A program made the position numbers and the translations under genes. The notes below the pieces were generated by a model, which saw nothing but the letters and a program-made list of their open reading frames with translations, did not search any database and was not told the DNA's origin. This document shows, piece after piece, positions 54,495 to 64,000 of a DNA stretch of 64,000 nt (positions are counted from its first letter, which is position 1; each line of letters begins with the position of its first letter). Source of the stretch: Octopus sinensis (Eukaryota); assembly GCF_006345805.1 (NCBI RefSeq), contig NC_043015.1:51770001-51834000 (forward strand), read 5' to 3'.

Positions 54495-54641
54495 CCGACA
54501 GCTGTTTCAGGAGGCTAGGGGGTACGCAATAATCTTGATGGTCATAATTTGCAGATTTAGTATTAAAAAAGAGTCATGGGTATGCAATTGATAAAGAGTC
54601 ACCCAGAGATATTACAATAAATCCAGTTTCCTTCATCAGGA
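54495..54641 (-). ncRNA. Hammerhead motif with a long insertion in stem II
   Basis: CTGATGA-AGGA..about 115 nt..TCCT-GAAA-CAGCTG-TC; stem I weak. Confidence 0.55.
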
Positions 54642-54764
54642 AAATGTTGTCAAAGACGATTTATACAGGCTTTGCTGCACTTCCTGTTTGTTTCCACTGT
54701 CCAGATTGTGTTACCAATTTTGACACTTCGCAAAATCCTAAATTTTATTTAATTTGCTTTGAGG

Positions 54765-54974
54765 GAGCAACTGTTTCATCGAAAGTGTATACTGTTGTTA
54801 AATGCTTGAAATACGAGAGTATAAAAACAGCCAACAACTGATGAAGTGTCGTTCTTTATGTTGTTTGCCTTATTTTCCATTTGTGTCTTTCGTTGTTCGA
54901 AAGAATAGTTCGTATTCCATCTACTCGTACTTCGTTAATTTTTGTTGTACATGTTTCATGACGTCCTGTGCCCA

Positions 54975-54977
<3 letters not shown>
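54765..54977 (+). mobile_element. Group P2 repeat with a degenerate hammerhead at 54771-54830
   Basis: CTGTTT..AAGTGT/ATGCTT-GAAA-TAC-GAGA-GTA-TA-AAAACAG; homologous to 29336-29507; ends in (TA)n. Confidence 0.7.
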
Positions 54978-55336
<359 letters not shown>

Positions 55337-55914
55337 ATTAATTATTAAAAAATTGTATGGTATGCACCTGACAGTTCGCAGTAAAGCTCATTTATAGGCT
55401 TAGTGTTCGTTGGGGAATTGATTAATGAAAGATACGGAAGATGTATGACCCCCATCTAGAATCGATCCTTCGCGATTGGGATACTGAACATCTAGTCTAG
55501 TCGTATCTGTCGGTGTAGATGTGACTCAGGTGATTTCGAGAAGTATCTCGTTAACATAAACTCTGTTTCGCAAATTTTTTTCTTGTTCTTCGTATATATA
55601 AATAGCAAATAGATGTATGCAGCTTCATGCTTGTATAACATCTATAACAAATATCAGATACAAAAGGAAACCGATACACAATAAACTGAAAAAATATTGG
55701 ATATAATCTTTGGTAGATATGGATGTATAAGCGCCCACACATACATAGTCTGCTGCACGTACATGTGCTCGTACAAACGCATACACAAGCGCGCGCACAC
55801 ACACATATACACACATACTGCACACACTTGTGAACTGGTGTAATTTGCATGTGACTCACTCGACAAGAGTTTAATACTTAAACAGTGAAACCATATCAAT
55901 ATCCAGAATGTGTA

Positions 55915-56365
55915 AGACGGCGAGCTGGCAGAAATGTTAGCACGCCGGGCGAAATGCGTAGCCGTATTTCGTCTGCCGTTGCGTTCTGAGTTCAAATTCC
56001 GCCGTGGTCGACTTCGCCTTTCATCCTTTCGGGGTCGATTAAATAAGTACCAGTTACGCACTGGGGTCGATATAATCGACTTAATCTGTTTGTCTGTCCT
56101 TGTTTGTCCTCTCTGTATTTAGCCCCTTGTGGGTAGTAAAGAAATGGGTATTTCGTATGTGTTTACGTTCTGAGTTCAAATTCCGCCGAGATCGACTTTG
56201 CCTTTCATCCTTTCGGGGTCGATTAAATAAGTACCAGTTACGCACTGGGGTCGATATAATCGACTTAATCCGTTTGTCTGCCCTTGTTTGTCCCCCTTTA
56301 TGTTTAGCCCTTTGTGAGCAATAAAGAAATATAAAGAAAAAACATTAGCACGCCGGGCAAAATTC
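55915..56365 (+). mobile_element. SINE N composite (two tail-B units plus a head stub)
   Basis: Junctions at 56146/56147 and about 56335. Confidence 0.9.
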
Positions 56366-56423
56366 TTTTTTTAAGATCTCAATGAATTCGAAATGGTATT
56401 AAAAAGAAGTGCAATATACTGTC

Positions 56424-56755
56424 AGCGCATGGCTTAGTGATTAGAGCGTCGAGCTTACGATCATGAGTTTGTGAGTTCGATTCCCAGACCGGGCTGCGTG
56501 TTGTATTCTTGAGCAAAACACTTTATTTCACGTTGCTCCAGTTCATTCAGCTGTAGAAATGAATTGCGTCATCACTAGTGCCAAGCTGCATCGGCCCCTT
56601 TGCTTTTCCCTTCGATAAAATCGATGGCTTAGAGAGGTGAGGCTGGTATGCGTGGGCGTCTGCTGGTCTTCCATAAACAAACTTGACCGGACTTGTGTCT
56701 CGGAGGGGAACTTTGTAGGTGCAACCCATGGTCATTCATTAGCGAAAAGGGTCAC
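56424..56755 (+). mobile_element. tRNA-derived SINE group T, copy 3 (different tail)
   Basis: A box TGGCTTAGTG, B box GAGTTCGATTCC, then GTGTTGTATTCTTGAGCAAAACACTTTATTTCACGTTGCTCCAG. Confidence 0.85.
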
Positions 56756-56771
56756 TCCAATATACTGTATC

Positions 56772-56980
56772 AAATTTTGGCAAAAAGCCAGCAATTTTCA
56801 GAGGAGTGATAAGTTGATAACATCGAGCACAAAGCCCAACGGGCATTTATTTTATCGACTTCTACAGAGTAGAAGTCAAAGTGAACGCCAGTGGCGTTTG
56901 ATCTCAGAACGGAAAGAGCCGGAAGAAAGGTCGCTAAACATGTTTTCGACACCCTACAGATTCTGCCAGCTCGCCGCCTT
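56772..56980 (-). mobile_element. Degenerate SINE N
   Basis: TTTGATCTCAGAACG..TTCTGCCAGCTCGCCGCCTT. Confidence 0.7.
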
Positions 56981-57068
56981 TCTGTAATTTGTAATAATAT
57001 ATGAATATTTGTGCAGGATGCAGCAGAAGCAATTGCATCTTTTCCTAGACCATTGCTGTAACGTTATT

Positions 57069-58409
57069 AATATTAAACAGATGGAAGGCGACACGATTGC
57101 AGAATCGTTAGCACGCCGGGCAAAATGCTTAGAAGCGTTTCGTCTGCCGTTATATTCTCTGTTCAAATTTCGCCGAGGTCGACTTTGCCTTTCATCCTTT
57201 CGGGATCAATAAATTAAGTACCAGTTACGCACTGAGGTCGATGTAATCGACTTAACCCGGATACGGAAATTCTTGGCCTTGAGCTAAAATTTGAAACCAG
57301 TATTCTTTTCTACTCTAGGCACAAAGTCCGGAATATTTGGGGAGGGGCCACTCAATTAGATCGATCCCAGTACGCAACTAGTACTTAATTTATCGACCCC
57401 GAAAGGATGAAATGCAAAGTCGATCTTGGCCGTAAAGACGGACGAAATACTGCTAAGTATTTCGCCCGGAATTCTAACGTTTCTGCCAGCTCGCCGCCTT
57501 AATATGAAACCAATATTCGTTTCTACTCTTGGCACAAGTCCCGAAATTTTCGTGGGAGCGGCCAGTCGATTAGATCGACCCAAGTACGCAACTGGTACTT
57601 AATATATCGACCCCGAAATGATGAAATACAAAAGTCTATCTCGGCTGAAATTGAACTCAGAATGTAAAGACATAAAATACCTATTTCTTTACTAATCACA
57701 AGGGGCTACACACACAGAGGACAAACAAGATCAGACAATCGGATTACGTCGATTATATCGACCCCAGTGCGTAACTGGTACTTATTTAATCGACTCCGAA
57801 AGGTTGAAAGGCAAAGTTAATCTCAGGGGAATTTGAACTCAGAACGTAACGGCAGAAGAAATATGGCTACGCATATCGCCCGGCGTGCTAACGATTCTGT
57901 CAGTTCGTCGCCTTAATTGAAACCAATATTAAACTCATGGAATTCGACAAACTGGTTGAATGTTTAGCACGCTGGGGAAAATGCTTAATGGTATTTCGTC
58001 CTCGGCGAGCTGGCAGAAACGTTAGCACGTCGGGCGAAATGCGTAGCTGTATTTCGTCTGCCGTTACGTTGTGAGTTCAAATTCCGCCGAGGTCGACTTT
58101 GCCTTTCATCCTTTCGGGGTCGATAAATTAAGTACCAGTTACGTACTGGGGTCGATGTAATCGACTTAATACCTATGTCTGTCCTTGTTTGTCCCCTCTG
58201 TGTTTAGCTCCTTGTGGGTAATAAAGAAATAGGTATTTCGTCCTCGTTTACGTTCTGACTTCAAATTCGGCCGAGGTTAACTTTGCTTTTCATCCTTTCG
58301 GGGTTGATGAAATTAGTACCAGTCGAGTACTGGAGTTGATGCAATCGACATGCCCCTTACCCCGAAATCGCTGGCCTTGTTCCAAAATTTTAGACCAATA
58401 TTAAACAGA
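57069..58409. mobile_element. Nested cluster of six SINE N units on both strands
   Basis: Direct repeats AATATTAAACAGA (57069, 58397), TGAAACCA(A/G)TATT (57292, 57505, 57918) and GGTATTTCGTCCTCG (57990, 58232). Confidence 0.92.
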
Positions 58410-58467
58410 CGCTAATGGCATCTTCATGCATCTAATTTCTTTCTTTCTTGAATTTTTTTTTTTTTTT

Positions 58468-58716
58468 GAGGCGGTGAGTTAGAGGTTTTAGCGCGTCGAA
58501 CAAACTGCTTGACTGTTTTTCGTCCTGCTTTCCCCCCGTCTTTAAGTTCTGAGTTTAAATTATTCACCGAGGTCAAACTTGTCTTTCATCATTTCAGGGT
58601 CCATAAAATAATACCAGTCACGCAATGGGGCCGATTTAATCGAGCGATACCTCGCCACCCCTTAATAAAAAGAAGAAAGAAAATTGCTGACCTTCTCCCA
58701 GCATTTGAAACCAAAA
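58468..58716 (+). mobile_element. Degenerate SINE N
   Basis: GAGGCGGTGAGTT..GTTCTGAGTTTAAAT..CTTTCATCATTTCAGGGTC..ATTTGAAACCA. Confidence 0.75.
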
Positions 58717-59551
58717 TTTCATTGTTATCTTTTTTTATAGGTTATCATCTGGTCTGGACCTTTGAACATCGTGCGTATGCTTTTGAAATTTATCAAGAAC
58801 GGTGATGCTGAGTTTCTTGGCCACACCCTGTAGATGAGGGACATATTTCCTAATGTTTAATGTCTGTTTTTCTTCTTTCTTTCTTTTTTTTTTTTTTTTT
58901 GATATGTTAACATCCTAAGATTCGAAAATGAAAAGGAACAGAATTGTTAACTACGGAGCATTAACAATTTTCCTTTTGTCTGGAAATGTTCCCTTTTCAA
59001 ATCAGAACTTGCAGATATGAGACAGAGATTCGGCAATTCTTTGAATGAATTTCCTCAGTATCACCCTCTCATCTTAATTCAAGTCTGTAGAATTTTGTTC
59101 TTACATTTACAAACAATGTTCGATGATTCTATTATGATTCCATTATTCTTCTATCGCTCTAAGTAAAATCGAATTCAGATTTTTATTCTCATAATCACAA
59201 TCGGTAGACGTGTTATATTTTTTTTTGTTTCTTACTGGACGAATCATTGTTTTTGTTTTGTTTTGTTTTGTACTTTTTTTCTCTTGTTCTTGCTGTCAAT
59301 TCTGGTCGCACACTTACAAAGAATTTATTAAAACCATCAACCACATCATTGATATTATTTATGGTCTTATCGTTGTCAATAAAATATTGAAAGTAACTTG
59401 AGATTTAAGAACCAGCTCAATTAATGCTGTTTAACACACGCCGTATATCTTTAATGTGTGTTTTATTATTCTCCCAATATTTTATCATGATATTAGTCAA
59501 GTCCTTGATACGCACACACACACACACACACACACACAACACAAACACACA

Positions 59552-59590
<39 letters not shown>

Positions 59591-59886
59591 AATATATATA
59601 TATACTTGTATACATATATGTAGGTATGTGTGTATTTTATACGTATTTCTTTTCTGCTTCTGTAGTTCTATGCATTATGAATCCTTTATATACGATATTT
59701 TCTTCCTTTTGAAGGCATTTCGTAATCACTTTGTGATTCATGAAGATTCTATATTATTGTATATTTTATCGGTCGATTTTTGTCGCACAACGATTTAAAT
59801 ACTTTTTCTAATGTTTCATGAGCTTTGTCGAAATCTTCTTCGTGCAATCTTTTCAAACTTTATTAGTAATTCATACTGATATATGG

Positions 59887-59887
<1 letters not shown>

Positions 59888-59933
<46 letters not shown>

Positions 59934-59974
59934 GTGCTGGTGATAGTGGTGGGGAGAGTGAGGGTAAGACAGGA

Positions 59975-60005
<31 letters not shown>

Positions 60006-60210
60006 AAGGGAGAGAGCGAGAGAGAAAAAGAAATAGACATTGGGATAGATAGACAGACAGACTGAGAAAGGAGTGTGAGAAAAAAAGAAAAAAAGTAAAC
60101 GTAAATATACACAGATGTGTTCACCATCATCATCATCGTTATCATAATCATCATAATCATCATCATAATCATCATAATCATCATCATAATCACCATCATC
60201 ATCATCAGCA
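59888..60210. repeat. (TG)n, (GA)n and (CAT)n tracts
   Basis: Direct reading. Confidence 0.9.
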
Positions 60211-61475
60211 GCAACAGCAATTACAGCAGATACTTTCTCTCTCACTCCCTATATATATATTTTTTTTCTTCCACTCTCTTTCTCTTTATATATATATACA
60301 GAGAGAGATAAAGAGAGAGAGAGAGGGGGAGAGAAAGAGCTACAAATAGAATTAATATATATGTATGTTTTAAATGTACGTATATATATATTTATATCTA
60401 TGTGTGTATAGTTGTGTATATTTATAATTATGCGTATGCATAAGAAGTTCTATTGAGACAGTTGTTCGATAACTGTGACTGGTTTAGAACATTCAGTAGA
60501 TATAATACCTATATCTAGGCTCTTGATTATATTAAACGGATAGTTTTTTAATTCACAACAACGAGTGATTGATATGTTTCTTTGATTATAATATACGATC
60601 TTTACTGTATATGTACTTGCACAGACACACATATGCACATATATTCATACATACACACACACACACGTGTGTGTGCAAGTGAACACACTGTATCATTAAG
60701 TACAATTATTGTGCGTGCGACAATTACCTTATTTTCTTTAAAATACTCACTCAGCACTTCAAAGTTTGTTATATAAAGGTTCTCATATGTCAAATGCTAT
60801 TTTTTTTAGCATTATAAAGACGATATCTGTTGTCAAGATATCTCTAGCTAATGGTATCCTAAGATATCCTTAGCTTAATGGTAGTATTCATAGGTAACTT
60901 TTCCCAGTCTTCTAAGGAGTCTTTACTCGATCGTTCACTGTTTTTCTGTTTCTTAGAATTCCATTATTTTCTGGAAAATACCAACTCAGCGCTTCAAACT
61001 TGTTGCTTCGATCTTAAGAATTGAAGTCGCATAGTAGTCCACTTGATAATTTTTATTTCAAAATATCTGTAACATCTAAGACGTGGATAATTTAAAATTC
61101 AGTTGAATTTCCCTCAGTCACTTTAGGCACACTTACCTCTGATTACAACAGATTTCGATGTGATTAAACCTGTTAAAATTATAAGTTGCTTCCACAAATA
61201 TGCATATAAGTTTATCTTCTCTAAGTCTATATCATTCGCATGTCGGTCCACCTACTGACATGGAATAAAAACTTCTTATGAGAGCATGAAATTGTAACAT
61301 TATCACTTGATTCTGAGTTATAATTAGCACAAGGGAAACCGGTCGACTACAGAACTATTTTACTTCATGAACATATGTATTATATATATATATATATATT
61401 CATATTTAGTACAGCATATTTTTTTTTTGTTTTCTTTCTATTCATATTTTTCACTACATGGAATTTTTTTGATCG

Positions 61476-61512
<37 letters not shown>

Positions 61513-61739
61513 ACATACACACACACACACACAACAGAGACACACACAGACACACACACACACACACACACATGTAATGGCTCAATTGATCGAAACCTCG
61601 AAGTTGGTTTCAATGATATTCTTGGTTAAGAAAGATAAATTTGTATTCTACAAAATTATAGAATTGTCATTAAGATTAAAGCAAAACATTTCTTTTTAAT
61701 ATATCTGAACATGAAAACAAACGTTAATAAATAAATTCA

Positions 61740-61789
61740 AACATATAAACCTATATACATACATACATAAATACATACACATATACATA

Positions 61790-61845
<56 letters not shown>

Positions 61846-62632
61846 CATACATACATATATATATATATATATTATATATATATATATATATATTATATTA
61901 TATAATATAATATATATCATATATATATGTATATGTATACTTACGTATATATATATATGTGTATATAATTGTATACATGCAATATATATGTATAAATGCG
62001 TACATATATACATTCATGTACAAACTCACACATTTATATAAACCCCTGAACATAAATGCACGCATACATGATTGCGTATATACATATACATCAACAGAGA
62101 GTACATATTTGGTACGTGCACTGAATGGTGGGGAACCCTACTGCTAAACACAACTCACAAAAACCAAACCCATAAATTCAAGACGACAGTATTTTTTCCA
62201 GTATCCCTGTATGCTATAAGTAAACTCAACAGTCCCATGGCTATATTTTAATAATTCGTTCATCATCTCAATTATAATGTAACATCTTGTTTTCCTAAAA
62301 ATATACGAGAAAAACGACAACAATATAGTTTTATATATCGTTTCATACATGCGTTGACAATTAAGCTAGGTGTATGTGTCTATGTTACGATGGAAGCATA
62401 GAAAAACCAAAGTTAAGACTAATTGGAATTCATGATGCATTCATCCACGTCTCTGCAGATAAGGCCTTAAGCAGAGCCGCTTCATTTCTTGTTTCTCACT
62501 TCGCATACATTTCTTTGCCAGAATATCCGTCCTTATTTAAACATCATATATATATAGTAATACATATATATATGTATATATATATATATATATATAGATA
62601 TATATATATAGTATATTATCTTATATAATATA

Positions 62633-62674
<42 letters not shown>

Positions 62675-63159
62675 TATATATATATAATAACTATATATAT
62701 ATATATATATAATATATATATAAAAATATATATATATATACCTACACACATAATTATATATATATACACACACATATATATTCATGCACGCACATGTATA
62801 TGCAGTTATATATACACATATATATACATGTATATACACATATATATATATGTATGTATATATATAGTATATATATATATCTGTATAAATATATGCACAT
62901 AAATATGTTATGTGTGTGTATGGCTACTACAAACATATATCGTATGCAAATATGTATATCATGTATGAATTCACACAAGTATACACATACACACACACAG
63001 ACACACCCGTATATATATAGAGAGAGAGAGAAAGAGAGAGACCCACACGTTATATCATACATGTGTATATTTTATATATACATTTATAGATCCATCCATC
63101 ATATGATATATGCATATATGTAAAATATATATGTATAGATATGCATTATATATATATAC

Positions 63160-63210
<51 letters not shown>
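61740..63210. repeat. (TA)n-dominated compound microsatellite fields with short unique spacers
   Basis: Direct reading. Confidence 0.8.
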
Positions 63211-63212
<2 letters not shown>

Positions 63213-64000
63213 TGTGTTCGTGTGCGAACGCTCTTACGCACACTTTTATATAGATATTTTTTCAGCTTCTGGTTGCCTTCAACTAAAATCCTAATTAAAC
63301 AAAGGTCACGGTGTTACAGATGATAATTAATTTAAATATTTTATGTAAATATTTTCGCTTTTACGCAAGAGACTAGATGCGCGAATAATTGAAAGAGAAA
63401 CGTGAAAGCACAAATGATTTTAATCCTGTGAGAATGTACGTGTCAAAAATAGCTTCACATAGCTTAAAAAGAGGCTGTGAATTGGAACGAACTTCGAGAT
63501 AAGACATTTTTCTGTCTTAACGAAGACAAAAACGGAAAAAACCATCGACATTGTTCTTGTTCGTTTTAATAGTCTAGGTCGTGGATATAGCTTGTGTTTT
63601 TTTCTTTTATTGTCAAAGTGTCGTCATTCCTCAATTCCAATTAATACATATCGTAGTCATGTGGAAAGATTGAAATGGATTCTGAGGCGAATATGCGAAT
63701 GTCTACTCTTGTTTATATCACGCAACACTTTGTGAGTTGTCGTCGTAAACAGCAATGACTTGTGTAGTCGGAATGTCCATCTGAAGCAACTTCGCAAACA
63801 AAGTTGAGTGCCTTGTTTATCGTTTCTTCACATATGTTGATTTACTTTTATTTGCTGTGAATCTACTTACTATGCGCTGACTGGTGAAGGGGACAAGAAA
63901 TGTCTACAAGTAAGCAGCTGTTGTTTTTTTTTGTTCCAATCTTTGATTATTACATCTGGGCGATAACTGATATTTCCGTGTCAGCTTAAACATGCACAAC

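Noticed and set aside
61310-61360. GAAACCGGTC palindromic stem-III-like word
   Set aside because: No recognisable CUGANGA core or pairing stems upstream

Overview
AT-rich eukaryotic non-coding DNA with no protein-coding gene that I can support. Almost all ORF-track entries are translations of microsatellites or SINEs. The repeat landscape resembles an octopus/coleoid cephalopod genome; this is an inference from recalled repeat sequences, not a database search. Contents: many (TA)n, (TATG)n, (GATA)n and trinucleotide tracts; at least three tRNA-derived SINE groups; decayed R4/Dong, Tx1-like, Penelope, mariner and hAT elements; and several MITEs. Main observations: (1) One subfamily of a Nin/Deu-domain SINE appears to insert at two fixed sites inside the head of its own family. 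10 of 12 complete tails abut those sites, and one case has a perfect 15-bp host-specific TSD. (2) Minimal hammerhead-ribozyme motifs occur in the Penelope 3' end and in several short elements associated with (TA)n. (3) A SINE is flanked by a 158-bp direct duplication. All alignments and RNA pairings were done by eye, and element boundaries are approximate.
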